Assembly (NCBI GenBank): GCA_030141605.1
Contig: JAQGDQ010000023.1
Span: 248,001-312,000, forward strand
From: Tubiluchus corallicola
Lineage: Eukaryota; Animalia; Priapulida
Reading direction: 5' to 3'
DNA length: 64,000 bases
Shown: piece after piece, positions 12,530 to 27,013 of the stretch
Layout: the number at the start of each line of letters is the position of its first letter
Position numbering within the stretch: the stretch's first letter is position 1
The notes under the pieces: model-generated
What the model was told of the DNA's origin: nothing
What the model saw: the letters and a program-made list of their open reading frames with translations, nothing else
Database searches by the model: none
Made by a program: the position numbers and the translations under genes

Positions 12530-12952
12530 CTGCAAGATTATTAATCAGCTTTATAGAGAACAATTTCAGAATTAATAATGAATGATTTACAGAGCAAAAA
12601 GTTTTACACTTTGGATTCAGAAAACAGTCTAGAGAGCAGCAAGTCATAAAAATGCAGCACTCTCTACAATTACTTTCGTTTTAATAAATCTTTTTAGTAC
12701 AGCTTCATCAAAAGCAAATGAGAATCCAGTTTAGAACAGCAAAAATTTCACATGTGCACATAGCCTGCTTTCATATAGTGTTGATGAAATACGAAATTCT
12801 ATTACACACTATTGTATATTGATATTACACACTAAATCTTACACTCAATGATTTGTCTACTAGCTCTCTTATTTCTACAAAACAGCTAATGCTGATGCAT
12901 AAAAATCATCTAATGACAATTTGATTTAATTGAACAAAATAGCTTTACTTGC

Positions 12953-13021
12953 CTATTGGTGATTTGTTTACAGTTGATAATATCAAGCTCCTCAATGTTG
13001 TTACATTGTTGAGCAAATGTG
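12953..13021 (-). CDS. FBXL20: FBXL2/20 LRR exon: (I)TFAQQCNNIEELDIINCKQITN(R), with GC donor
   Basis: tttcag acceptor, AG|gcaagt donor, 69 bp, phase 2-2. TFAQxCxNIE motif. Confidence 0.92.
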
Positions 13022-14239
13022 CTGAAACAAACATAGTCACAATTAGTTGCTGAAAAGTACTAATTTGTTTATCCTTTTTTGTGGTTCTTCTCACAGCATC
13101 TTGCTTAATTCCACTTTAAACTGAGTATCACCTTTAATGTGAAGAAGCTAGGTCTCAACATTATACAGAAATATCTTACAGAAATTGCTTAAACCTGTCA
13201 AAAAACAGGGTGGCTTATCACCTCCATGTATCAACCACAAAAACACCTAACTTCTGATGTTCATCTTTATAAAATGGCTACAGTCTCATCTAAGTTGATG
13301 CAAAACATACTTCCCTTTTAGTCCACCAGACAAAAAATTGTAAAACTGCATTGTCATTCTAGTCTAGTTTGATTTACTTAACGAATTTTTCTACTACACA
13401 CATTATGACTCTTTGTCTATGGAAGGAGTTTTAAACTTCAACAGTTTGCTCGGAATGCTCGTTCTCCTAATTTTATCCTGAACATTTCTAGATCCAGCTT
13501 TTTCCAGTAGGTTTTTCATTTGCAAAACTCTTTACAAGAAAATTGTTTCCTAGTTGGATACAATGGCATTTGCTTCAAGCACAAAATCAATAGAACGTTA
13601 TTTCCTAGCTTGGCTATAAGAATTGTTGCTCCCTGAACGTGTATTTGTCCACATCGTGACTGTGACCCTTGCCGTGAATGACCACTGTCCTAATCTGTGA
13701 CCATTTGCACAAGGGTGCACACAGGTCAGCATTCAGTTAGATAACACATAAGTTTAATTCTTCGGCAGTGAATGCCAGTTTTTCCCGTGTTTAATCTAAT
13801 GACCAAAATCCATTAATTAATAATTAACTCATCTATAATTTATCAGATTCCAATCAGTGTGAAACATCTACTTTTTTCCCATCTACATTTAATCTACATC
13901 AACTTATGCATCATCTACATGTATATATCTACTTTCATCCACTTAAATAAATAAAAACAACAGTGAGTACATTATTAATAAATTCCGTTAGCTCCTTCAT
14001 TTTACAATGTAAAATTTTGTAAATTTTGTGGCTGATTATGCCACCGCACATGCAAAGATATCTATAACTAACTGTCTGCGTAAGTCTGGTTTCAGAATGC
14101 AGGGTCACATTTCCCGTACAACTTGATAAAAGCATGGCGTCTTTCAGTTGGTAGAATCGGTAGGAAAATATTCGAAGTTTTATTATTACAAGCTATTTAA
14201 TACACTTAAACTGTGCCAAGCAAATCCATTGTAACTTAC

Positions 14240-14409
14240 ATCATAGCACCATCATCAACGCTTTGACAACCATGTAAGCTTAAAGACTTGAGAAATCCTC
14301 CACATCTCTTTGCGAGATTTCGAACGACATCGCCCTCTATGTCTCGTTGAAACTCAAACAGGTCAACATGCATCCAATTACTGCCATCCAGTGCCAATAA
14401 GTTCCAGTA
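14240..14409 (-). CDS. FBXL20: FBXL2/20 F-box end and first LRR: YWNLLALDGSNWMHVDLFEFQRDIEGDVVRNLAKRCGGFLKSLSLHGCQSVDDGAM
   Basis: ttcag / gtaagt, 170 bp. LALDGSNW, DLFxFQRDIEG and KRCGGFL are FBXL2/20 signatures. Confidence 0.97.
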
Positions 14410-14919
14410 CTGAAATATACAATAGAAAACTTACTTTTGTCTTAGCAAAACATGCAAAATAGTTGTACACTACAGAGAATCCAGAACGTTTACTATATGA
14501 TCGAGGAAAATCTATTTTTCAGGTCTGCCTGCAAGTTACTTTCCCCGATGTTTTTGGGAATATCATTTTTTAAATCTGGTAGTGCAACTGATGACAGTTT
14601 CTGGAGTTGTAAATGACCACTGGGTCAAAGTCACTGGTCAACCCAACAAAATTTGGTACTTCCTGTTACTGCAAATGTGGAGCTTAGACAAGTCTTGAAA
14701 TGATTATCAAGAAAATTTAAAAATGAACTAAAAACACTCGAGGAGCTCAAATTCGCTTAAAAAACAACACATAATATGCTCACCATAAGTCAAGGCTAAA
14801 TACAAACTCTTTCAGGTGATTTTGCTACATATAAATAAGTGTCTTGGCACATTTGCAACAGATTAAGAAGAAATACAAATCGCAAAAAGGAAAAGCAAAA
14901 ATAGTTAGTGTTTTTATAC

Positions 14920-14974
14920 CTTCGACACTTGGGCACATCTGCACAGAGCTACAACATCTAGATATGAAAATATC
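14920..14974 (-). CDS. FBXL20: FBXL2/20 F-box exon: (R)IFSYLDVVALCRCAQVSK
   Basis: ttgcag / gtataa, 55 bp, phase 2-0. Confidence 0.97.
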
Positions 14975-15472
14975 CTGCAACAAAGCAAAATTAAAAAGTT
15001 TGTCTAACTTTGTCTTTTTTTAACTAATAAACCATTACAAAAAAAAATCAACAAATTTGGATGACCTATTAATAATTTAATGATTTTCAAAATAAGATGC
15101 ATCATGAAAATGTTCAATGAAGCTAGAAACTGAAACTACGAACCTGTTCAGCATCTAAGAATTACCATTGTACTATCCAGCAACTATTACATAAATGCTT
15201 AAGCATAATAAAACATTTAATTAGCTGACGCTGATGTAAATGTGTATGGACTTGCAAAAATCCTATAAGTGGTCCTTCTAGAGTAACACATTTTCAAAAT
15301 TAATATGACTACAGTTGAACCATCTTTGTTAATTCTTTCTCAAGTCAGTATTTATACAACATTATGAACGGAAATTTAAAATGTACACAATCAAATATTT
15401 GATAATACCCAGTCATACTAAACTAGGATATCTACATCCGCTAGCTGGTTAGTTACATTCCAGTGTACTTAC

Positions 15473-15558
15473 CGTAGTAGAAGCTCTTTTGGCAACAAAT
15501 GATTTATTAAGGCCTCATCTAGTGCCAAGGCTCTTTGTGTTTCTGCCCTCACATTAAC
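15473..15558 (-). CDS. FBXL20: FBXL2/20 F-box start exon: VNVRAETQRALALDEALINHLLPKELLL(R)
   Basis: tttcag / gtaagt, 86 bp. DEALIN..LPKELLLR F-box start. Confidence 0.96.
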
Positions 15559-16770
15559 CTGAAACAAGTAACGAGGTTAAGCTAGTTTCTTTCCAATTTT
15601 AGCCCCCCTGAATGCATCCGTGAATATGTGAGAAGGCTGGGAGTAAGAGAGAGAGAGAGAAATCATCATGGAAATCTAGGGTAAACGGTCACGACATGTC
15701 TTTTGCATAATGCACAAAGGCAAATCACTAGGGATGAAATTCCATCAAGTTAATTACTCTAGTAGATAAACGATACGGGATCCTAAACTTAAGCAACCAC
15801 TGATTTTAAACTACAAGTCTACTGGCATCCAAAACATTCTGTTGCATAGAAATGTGTTATGAGAATAAAAAAACAATAATTATAAATTGAGTTCTTATTT
15901 AGTTTGTTTAATTGCTGATTTTATTGTTGATACGTACTAGCAGTTTGAGTTTGATTACATGTGTATGCAACTTTCCCATTTACTGTGTGACTCTACAATT
16001 TACTCATATTACATCATAAATTAGTATTTACCAAAAATTATTGTGAAGATATCACAGTCACTGTGATACCAAAATAGTTATAGCAGTATGTATTAAAAAA
16101 AAAACAGCTGCTTTAAAAGTAGTAGTTACCTACTGCCCTCTAGCAGGACAATTTGCATGATCAAGTTGCTTAATTAAAGGAAAATCGGACCCAAAGTCAA
16201 AATAATGTAAACAGTAAAATATTGAAAGGAAGCAAACTATTTTTTCAGGAATGAGTTACGCGAAAAAAATAATTACCACAAAAACATAATTTTGTGTTCG
16301 CGCAGCTGGTTCTTCGCTGTTACATGCACTTCACCATTCGCTAGTTAGACGAGCAGTAGCATTTACGTCTCGGAGGTGTTACACAAAAAATAGGTGCTGT
16401 ACCTCTCAGTTGGAGATGTTCGGTTGCGACGTATTACACATGCTCGATAGCTCACGGTAAATTTGAAATATGAATTTTAAACTTAAAATTTTGCAAGTTT
16501 TCGGATATCACTCCAAACATAGTACAGTAGCACTGTACTACATTTTTTGCCATAACAACCACATTTGACAAGTTCATGGAATGTTTGCACTGTTTAAAAT
16601 TATGTTCAGTTGTGATGTCATCACTAGCTGGGCTTGCCCGCCATTAATTAATGTTCTATTATTTAATTATCAGAAGCGTTTTGGCATTATCATACGTGTT
16701 AAAATACATACTTCTTACCATACTTCAGAAATCATCCTGTTTTCCTTTAATACTGTTCCACATGACTTAC

Positions 16771-16920
16771 CTTTTGTTTGTAGTATGGATGGGAGATGCC
16801 ACTGATGTACAATTTGCCGCTGCTCTTGCCAGATTTCACGTACATCGGAATGTGCCCATTACTGCTGCACAGGGGGGAAGCCGTGGCTAAGGAGGGAACC
16901 AGTTCATCCCCGGTAGAAAT
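16771..16920 (-). CDS. Probable N-terminal exon of the FBXL gene: ISTGDELVPSLATASPLCSSNGHIPMYVKSGKSSGKLYISGISHPYYKQK
   Basis: tttttgtag acceptor, AAG|gtaagt donor, 150 bp open in phase 0-0, raised GC. No homology recognised. Confidence 0.65.
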
Positions 16921-19900
16921 CTACAAAAAAATGATATAAAAAAGATAGAAGAAAGAACCGCTTATATTATTATCAATGGTAAAATATCGATTAATTCAAA
17001 AAGTTGTTTAATGGCATAAAAAGACGACGTCACAGAACTGTCTGTTTAAATACATAGATCTTGCCACATATATCGTATGAAATGTGACACGGTGTGAAAT
17101 CAAAACAACAGTTTCTAACAATTAACGTCATAAAAAAACGTGAGGTTCGAAATAATCAGAGGTTTGTAAATTGTCGATACATAGTTAGTAGGGTTATCTA
17201 CGCATATATAAACTCTATCAACCGATATTAACGGTAAATACGTTAAACTCTGGGCGACCGGCCAATTAAATGTAAATAAACGAAGTTTATAAGATAAACA
17301 ATGTGTTAATAATTGCGACACACATGAGAAAATCTAAATATAGTTTATACAACACGCACATTATTGTTACATGGCAACAAGTTCAACGTACAAAGTACTG
17401 TGGAAACACTTCTTAACCCGTACACAAGTACAGTTTATTATTGCTGTTTGGATAATGCCTTAGCTCCTAATAATGTACAAATTATGCATTCGTCGACCTG
17501 AACTATGGAAAAATAACACAACCGTTCTTCAAAGCATGATTCCGATTAAAATAAAATTATTGTGCACAGGAATTTCATATTTTAAATTAGTTCTATACAA
17601 AATTAAAGGCTGGTTATTAGCGTATATAATTGTTTATTTCGTAAATTATAGTCTACAAATTAGCACTACGATGGCAATTATTGTAAAATGCCAGAGTTAA
17701 TAAATATCTCTGCTTATTAAAGATGCACCAGCTTCTGTTAATTCTGCTCATAATAACTTTAGTAGAAACAACACCAACGATTTAACAATGCAAGTGATAG
17801 TATATTAGAGGTATTGTTACGACATCTATTGATGAGAAACGGAACTCCTGATAAGCTATAGCGCGATTGACATTCAGCCAATGCCAAGTTTTGTCTAGTG
17901 CTAGTCTTACCCACAGTTCATGTAAACTTATTTGTTTAGTTTAACATGTGACGATTATTTGCAGTAAAGACGCGAGCTGATCACTGCTTTAATCGGATAA
18001 TAACATTACCATCATTGTGACATTAGCACACATACGCCTACTCCTTCCCATCAGATTTATATGTTCGTCCCACACACTTTCCAAGGAAAACGCATAAATC
18101 ACAGTAACTGTTAATTAGGTATCGTAATTAACCAAACTGGATTGTGGCTTTGATTAAAGTGAGCCATTTGTTGAAGAAGCCAGGCAGTAAACTTCAATGA
18201 GTGATAAAATAACGGTTATTAGATGGCAATGCTGCGTATTGGTTAATAACTGGAAGCAAGCTAATAAAAGGCTTCATTGCAATAACCAGCCAGGGTTTCT
18301 ATTAGTAGTTATAGCAAATTCCCGGTAGAGGACGCCACTGCTGAAAATCACAAAAGAATTCTCGGAAGCCAGGCAAGCCACTTCGCTGCGCAACAGGAAA
18401 TGCCAGCTGCTTAACGATTTTTTCACTTTGCTAATACTTTCAAACTACAGAAACGATAGGCATCTGTTCAAAGCACTGTTAGTTTTTAATATTCAAATAG
18501 CACTTTTAGTGATTTTGAAGTTATGCGTTTCTCACAAAAACGTCATCAAATGACTGGCGTTACTATAACTACATTCAATTTCTTTATATGAGTGTTAGCA
18601 GTTGATTAATATAGTGCAGGCAATATTAAACTTAAACCGTATTATTTCGCAACTATTATTGTATCACCACTTGCTGTCTTTGTTTTGGTTTAAATATTTC
18701 AGAGTCTGTTATAGATAAAATCAGGTTTAATTATAACAATGTTATTAGAAGGTTTTTAGAAGAAAAAATTGCAGGCTTTTTGTAGTGCTTCTCACATGTG
18801 AACAGATTTGCTTTTAACACATTTATCTGGGTATTTCGTCTAGAACTGGCAACCCTTCTCTATCTAGTATTCATGACCTTATATGTGGCTGTGCATCTGG
18901 CCATAAAGCTAATTTTAATAATTTCAGAATTGTGGCCAAAACTGCAAATAAATGGGACTTATATTAATGAAAGAAAGTTTATCTATGTCCCTAATAAACC
19001 TCTTAATGTGCAAAGTAATTTCTTAACTTTGTTTACAAACACCTAGCTATACTTTTTACTGCATTACTGCATTTTATTGCATACTTTTACTTAATTTATT
19101 ACATCTTTGGCTTCCTCGCAAATACGTAATTAGTGAATTTCCGTACAGTAGGCCCAATCTATATAACTCTTGTTTGTTTGTATAGTCTGACGATGCCTGC
19201 AGGCTACAGTCGAAACATTTATGACATGCTTTTTAACATTTTATATCTTAAAAGTTTTAATAAAAGTTATTTCTTTTTATAATGCTGTGAGAGTACCCGT
19301 ATAAATTGACATTGATTATAGTTTGCTCGTGAGAAAAATAAGAATCTTAATAACTGGGCTTTTATTAATAAACAATTATTTAATTTGTTAGCAGTGACTA
19401 AATAAGTGATTTACATCACATAGCAGGTGTTTGGTACAGGAGAGCTAGACAAGAGAGTACTGTGTTGCTGAGATAAAAGCTGTAGGCCTACATATATTAA
19501 CTTGGATTTTTATATGTATGTAGACTGTGTATGTAGATTATGATAAATATGTATATATTTATTTACATATCTAAATAAGGCGTAGATACACCTGTAAATG
19601 TTCAAAGTTGATTGTTTATAAAATTTATATCTGCCTAGTCATTTACTAACACACACCAGAAACATCACTAAATAAAATTAAATATGCAATATTGTATATA
19701 TGTTATTCTATTTATTGTATCTTTTTTTCTTTAACTTTATCACTGTTTTTTTTCTTAAACCTAATTTGTAATTTTCTTTCTAGTAATTTTTCAGCACATA
19801 AAGTTTCTATTTTATTAATTTAAGAAGGGTAGCTGAGTCGACGACCTGATGGTCTTTTGCTAACCTTTCTCTTGCACCCACTTAATCGCTTCTTGATGTA

Positions 19901-21939
19901 TATTTTCGCGTAAATTTTATATGATTAATCAGCTGTGTATTTTATGTAAATGTGCATTAGAAGAGATGAATAAACACCTCTTTGTCTATATATATGTCTA
20001 CGTCTATGTCTATATCTACAATGATCACAAAATAACAACCACTTCCTAGTTCTCCAGTTAAACATTGCTCGCATTCTCGTACACAAACATAAGAAAAAGT
20101 ACTTTGACTGATATGCTACCAATGACTCCAAGATAAGAGGGTAAATTTACAAAAAACATAAGAAAACAAGCGTGATAAAGAAACGCATGAATACCGAACT
20201 GTGCTACACGTATGACATCATGATTCAAACGTAAATGTCGATAACCTGATACTATTATGGTCTGTGTTCGGAACAGATTGCCCAATAACTGTTTACATTG
20301 TATATACAAAATGTTTTAGATAACTATGATTAAATCAATAAACATATTAGAGCAGTCAAAATGCGTATTTTGTAGCGGTTACATTCTGATAAGAGCACAG
20401 AACGGGCTTTGTGCGTAGGTAGCAGACAGATGATATGTGGATGAACTTTCAGTTACAACTTCAAACACGCACAAATGCCGGTTGTGTTAACATTATAGTT
20501 GAATCACTGTACTTTTAATATCAAAATGAAATTGACCTCATTGACCTGTTATTCTTAGTGTTTTATTGCAAAATTACACAAAACCAATAAACGTCAGAAA
20601 AGGGTGCGTGAATGCGTGGACCCATTGTGGGAGAGTTTTAGTAAAAATGCAGTTATGAAAGCAGCAAATCAAAGCAATCAAATCATATATATTCAATAGT
20701 GATATGTACTCATATGCACAACAACTTACCATGTTAAACAATTATATCAATTATCAAACGTACACACATCTGCATGAGTGAAAGAAACCACAAACCGCTA
20801 AAACAAGTTTTTACTAAACTAAATTACATTAAACACAAAATGTGTTAAAAAGACAAGGTTACACACAGAGCGTTGTCAATAACCCAGGTTAAGGTACTTA
20901 CACGCTTAAGCAGCAATACAGCTTGGAGTGCTACACGACTTAAATGCATTCAAGCTGCTGGAATGTGAAACCATTCGTTAAATACACCCCCAAAATATCT
21001 TCACATTAAATTACTCAAAATAAGCTCTACTACTATCAATTGAATGCAGCAAAACTGAAGTACACAAGCATGTATCATTTTTGATATTCTATTTCGATTG
21101 ATATTTCGCTAGTTACTGGAACCTGGCGTAAAAATATAAAATCAAAAAAGAGGACACAGAGGTTACCATTGCTTAAGCAGAAAGGCTAATTATAAATTAT
21201 AATTCCTCTATCATTATGTTCTATACTGTGCAGTGTTGCCCGCTAATCTCTGTTTTTGTCGTTACAATATTTTTGTTTACCAAACTGCCCACATGTGTAA
21301 AACATCGGTTTTTACATCATGATAAAACTGATGATACGCGTATACAATCAAATTTAGTGGGTTAATTTCTCTCTAGAAAAGATACATTAAATGACTTAAA
21401 ATTAATGGTTATGATGGCACCCAATTATGTATTAGCAACCACAATTATTGCCCTCATATTAAGATAATAAAACGTTTGTTGAGCTTTATTGTTATAAATG
21501 CAAGTAGTAATTACGTCATTATCAGCGATGAACTGCTTCAATGTGTAAGTCTCAAGGTTGCCGCATGTTCGGGTGACGTGGTTTACTGAGTAGATGTATC
21601 ACGCATTTAAAAACCCCGAAATTATACGATGAATCACATGAAGAGAATGACTGTAATCGATGAATCCGCGACAATAAAGATGAAATGATACGTGATGCGA
21701 TAATAATACGACGCAGATCTATTGTATAAGTCAGAGGTTTTAAGTAATTATAACAGTCACTTTGTTAGAGTATCAATGCAGCAGTGTCAAAAACTACTAC
21801 ACTGACACGCGATTATATTCTTAGACACTAGCAATAATGCCCGGAAGTCCCAACAGAGGATTTTTACACTTATTAGTCAGCGGCGTCACTCTATTTTTTA
21901 AAATGAAAATCGCCCCAACAACACCAGTTAGTACTCAGT

Positions 21940-22440
21940 CTCAAGTTTTAAGTTTATTTAACACTACACACTGAACATAAACAATCATACAGCCTGTGTA
22001 CAAATGCACAAAAATACGGTAAATTAACTAATAATGCTTATTAATGACAGATCAGTCTCTGGAGACCTTAGCATGGCGATACCCAGCATTTCGCCAAGGC
22101 CACCTCTGAAAAAAGAAAAACAAAAGACGAAAGGGTTACAATAGAAAAGTCGAAAAATGAAAAATGAATACAGGTCCAGAAAAGTCGGTGAAGCTTTAGT
22201 TACCAATTAAATAACTTTCTGGTAAGGAATTCCACATATAAGACACCCGATAGAAAAGCTATTTACAAAAAACCGTTTTGCAGTCAATAATGTTCAGGGT
22301 AAAACCACGAGAAACAGCAACAAAGCCAGTAGTCTGACAAAACTGTCGGCGATTAGGACCCAAGACATAAGGTATTGGGAGCACTTTCTAGTGGGCTCGT
22401 AGGAATAAAATAGCAATAAAACAGGCATATTTATTCATAT
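21940..22440 (-). mobile_element. CR1-clade LINE 3' fragment
   Basis: Minus-strand FYRVSYMWNSLPES (CR1 WNSLP motif), followed by a 3' UTR ending aataaacttaaaacttg. Confidence 0.6.
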
Positions 22441-23480
22441 GTAATAATATTTCATGACTTTGGAAGTCACCTGCTCGTCTCCTCCTATTTTTATTATCTC
22501 TCACATCTCTCATTCGTCCCCTTCACTTTCTCCCTCGTAATAACAGGCATCCGGTGTCACGTAAGAAGCTATATAAGGTCTATAGTTGTATCAGAATCAG
22601 ACTAAACACCTTATGTAACTATCAACAATAATTATTCCATCAATATCATTTTTCATTTCTACAAGCGCAAATACGGGAGCGTAAAAGTAATTAACTGCGA
22701 ATGACCGGATGTGGACTGGGGGTAACGCACTGGCAAGCGGAAGTGATCAAATGTGAACGTTGGTGAGTTTTTGTTATTTGTGCACTAGATTGGGCGACCG
22801 CTAATGACGGTCTATCCCGTCTGGCAATTGAGCAAGTTTTTTTACAAATGACAATAACAGGCAAACAAAGAAAACATGATAAGCAATGAGTCACTCAGGA
22901 ACTGAGAAAGCTAAATACAGTCACTACTAGAACATGAATTAAATTTACGCATTTTCACGCATTTTATAAATTATTAAAACGGAACTCTGTTTCTGACAGT
23001 CACTCTTTGCGCCTGCCAAGTCCACGCGATTTACAGCGTCTTAAAACCCGGAAGATTTAGAAAAATATGAACAAAGATCACGAACGAGAATTATTCAAAT
23101 GGAAATCGCGTTCTTATGTAAATAGATGACTAAAATCAAACGTTCTTGATGCAAAGATCGACTGTGTTGTGATTTCCCGCGGCCATTGCCCTTACAAATT
23201 AACCATGATACATTGAATCGATCCGGTAATATTAATGGTATAGGCAGCGTTCGTGCAATCACAAAATTATGCACTCAAACTTAACAAGAATAGTCAGCAA
23301 CGTTACTCAAGCGCAAATATAAACGTTTAATGAGGACTGGTGAATATTCAACAAATTTCTTTCAGAGTAGCACATATTCCTTTGTTCTGCTGTATCAGAC
23401 AAAGAAAAGTAAAAAAGCAGAAGAGGCAAGAAGCGATTTTGCATTAACTACAGCACAGTTGTTCTGAACTTCCGATATTC

Positions 23481-24109
23481 CAGTGTAGCAGGGCAAATTA
23501 ACCCCTGCCCAGATTAAACACGGGTATAGTTTTGCCCCGGGCAAAATATACCCCGGGGTATAAACTGTCCTGGGTCAAACTATACCTGGGGTGAAAAAAA
23601 ATGTACATTTATATTGTAGCAAGGACTTGCTAGTCTTAGAAGTTGAAATTTCAGGACGTTATGACTTTTATGAATGATGAACAGTAATTGCCATTATGTT
23701 ACAATTACATTACGTTGTTTTGGAAATGTGCTTTTATTTTAATGTATGAACACTACTGAGATGTGGTGGTAATCTTTGATCTTTGTGGCGTTTAATATTT
23801 TTACTGACTATAGTTTTCCTGGTTGAAGATCTGTGTGTGTTCAGAGTTGCGCTCTTATTTCAAAATTTAAGTCAGTTAGCTTTCTTAACTAACTTACTTG
23901 ACATAGGTTAAACCCCAATAAAATGTTGAAAAATTAAATAATTCTTGTGTATATCACTCTACACTGCTTATATCATGGGGGTACGATTTGCGCCGCGGTA
24001 TTAATTGGCCTAGGCGGGGGTATAATATACACGGGGTATAATCTAGTCTAGGCCGCTTTAAACACCCGGTTATAGTCTAAACTGGGGTATACTATGGTCT
24101 GTTACACTC
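23481..24109. mobile_element. Non-autonomous TIR element with subterminal ccccggggtata repeats
   Basis: Inverted ends agtgtagcag / ctgttacact, with GC-rich repeated motifs near both ends. Confidence 0.55.
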
Positions 24110-24699
24110 AGTACTAATTTGAATATTTTCCAGATCCTATTCAACCAGATCCTATCGATGTGAAGCACTCTCTCGTTTAGGTCAGATCACATATTTAATC
24201 ACTGATCTACCTGTTCGCAGCCGCAGCAAAAAATGAGCATATGACATGTTAGTGAAATCATCAAATTAGCAGTCAGTTACTGCTTGCTCGATCGGGCAGT
24301 GAATGTTTTGGGGAAAATGAGTTTGGAGACGCAACCAATTTGTAATAACTAATAAATGTATGACTGCACTTGCCGGGGTGTTCACATACCAACTTGCATA
24401 AGTATAAAATAATTGTTAAATTATAGCAACGCTAAATATTAAATGCAACTGTTGATGTTAGCAGTACTGAATATGGTGATATGGTACAACTTTACGAGGA
24501 ATAACGTGTCATTAGCAGATATTTGCATCAAGAACGCCCAGTTTTATAGCTACGCAGCATTATTATTTTAAAAGCAAGTATTGAATCATAGTTTAATACA
24601 GTGTTTACAGAGCTTTGGACATAGTGGAGCGTAACTGCTCTATAGAGTTTACTGAATTAAGTAAAACGATAGATTTATGCTACCCATGAATAAATACTT

Positions 24700-25205
24700 A
24701 ATATATTTAATTTAATTTAATTTATTGGGTTAACAATTAGCATTCATTACAATCATTATACAATACATTACTTACAAAATCTTAACGATAATAAAACAGA
24801 TCACATAAATTACAACACGATAATTTGAAGTATAATATACCCAAATGACACAAATAACAATTAAATGTTAAAATAACATAACAATAATCGGACGTGTGGT
24901 CATTTTTAATACTATTTTGCTCCGTTTGCCCTGATTCTAAAACAATCTCTGACAAAGTACCAAATTAAATCCAACGCTTCCGTATCATCATTTCCTAAGA
25001 TAAATCTAAATTTTTCATCATTATTCATATCTGGAAATTGGGAAATAGTCTCGAAATTTGGTCAAATAAACATTTACATTTGATATCATATTTTTTGCAA
25101 AATAATACCAAATATTCTTTATTTCCTCAGTAGGTTCCGCAATATCTGAAGTACACAAGAAACGATTAAAAACTCTTGCTGACCTCCGTGCCACGCGTGC
25201 GCTGG
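24700..25205 (-). mobile_element. Decayed LINE 3' fragment
   Basis: Minus-strand ORF remnant (..RFLCTSDIAEPTEE..KFRFILGN) and an aataaa-(attaa)n tail near 24705-24726. Confidence 0.4.
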
Positions 25206-25483
25206 GCAATTTAACATGAAAATAGTCTGCAATTCACCGGAGTGATCAGTAATCACGCAATGGCGTAATAGGAGTAGGTCATGGAAACGGAAAGATGATT
25301 AACTCTCCAGATATTGGTTGACATATCACCTGTTCACCGCCAGGCGCCAGGTTAATAGATCTGCTAAGCTAACAAAGATACACGCCGTAAATATAGCTGC
25401 ATTTTGTCTTTATTCTAAAGTTTTTCCAATGCACGTACAAGTATTATGTTCCTTAAACCACCTGGTACACGCAGATCTATGCA

Positions 25484-25574
25484 GCCAGCAGAAAACACTG
25501 TACGTGTTATGTTATGTACACTTCTCTGCCAGCAGAAAACACTGTACGTGTTATGTTATGTACACTTCTCTGCC
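25484..25574. repeat. 44-bp tandem duplication
   Basis: gccagcagaaaacactgtacgtgttatgttatgtacacttctct at 25484 and 25528. Confidence 0.9.
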
Positions 25575-26929
25575 TGCGGAAAGCAGCGTTTATTAAATGC
25601 TATGAATATTGGGCAAACAAAGAGCTTTGTTAGCATAAAGACTGGTGCCAATAACAACACATGTCAAGTTGTAGACACGCTGCAAGGTTCTCTATCTGCA
25701 ATTACCCAACTAACCATTTCAATCGAAGAAATTCATGACAAGCAAAATAATTTAATGAAATAATAGCTATACCATGCACGCACAAAGCTTTTTACAGCAA
25801 TATGAATGCTTCGAAAAAGCACTCCACGAAGGCGAAATAGCGGTGTTGTGACATGTGGCGCAATAATTGACAAAATTCAGCAATATAAAGGGAGAAAATT
25901 GATTGATCAAGAAATTGTCGTATAACAGGTTCTCGGATCGAGATTAGTTCAAGGTTCAAAATACTGCAATTGTTACCCTGAACGTAATTTTACGATACAC
26001 ACAGCCATTTAACGTTGAACGCCATTACGATTTTTAATTCAGACTTACATACGTATGAGTGATCTCACGTATGACTCGTATGAGTGACTGTTTACGCGAC
26101 ATTAAAGGCAACACGCTTCACAAAGTAAAGTCACATCCTGAGCATCGGATTAAACCTCAATTATAATTATTCCTAGTATAGAAGAAGCAACTACGTCTTT
26201 GAATTCAGTATTATTCGTTAATTATTAACGAATTAATTAGTTAGGCCTATTAAATGACAGGTTTAAATAATTTTGTCCAAAGAGGTTCTCAGTTATGAAA
26301 AGTGTTTGCATAGCTGAGAACCTCTGATTCTGGCAAGGAGACATCGATTAAAGCGTAAGCTCAAATTCTAGATGGACATTTAACGTAAGAAAATGCAAAA
26401 TCAAAAAGCAAAAAATAGAATGGTAAATGTGAGCTGACAAACAGTGTACAGCAAAAGTACATAACGTCTCAGTTGGATAATGTAAGAAAGAGCAAATTCA
26501 AAGGGCAAAGGTCAGCATAATGAGGATTGACAAGCGGACAAAGTGGTGATTTCAATCATTTCATTTTTGTTTTCCCACGTTGTGTCAGTTGGACAAGAGA
26601 AATAATGCGAAATAATGTGAAGAGAAAGAATGGCACATATTATCAAATCTTCTGGATTAAAAGTTTAGCCGTTCACATCACGCTGACAAACGTAAAATCA
26701 TTTTTGCTGCCAGCAAAAGGTGTTCTGTTGGCGCATTTGTCTTTCTAGTAAAACAATCCACAATCAATTGCAACTTTCTTGTAGTCAAGTAAAGAGCTGT
26801 TCAATATTTGTTGTTCGCAAGGGTGTTATGCATTAATATGTTGCAAACAAATTGAAGAAACCGAAAATATGAAATACCACCACCAAAAAACGTGTCCACA
26901 CAAATGAACATTATAAACTCTACGCTTAC

Positions 26930-27013
26930 CTTGAGAAAATAAGGATACGTCTGGGTGTAACTAAGCAACACTACCTCCTGGAACACTCTGCTCTTCATTG
27001 TAGCTGTCCACAT
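26930..27013 (-). CDS. Candidate alternative start exon of the FBXL gene: MWTATMKSRVFQEVVLLSYTQTYPYFLK (whole exon possibly 26930-27278)
   Basis: AAG|gtaagc donor in phase 0, candidate acceptor ctattttacag at 27279, in-frame TGA upstream of the ATG. Confidence 0.45.
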
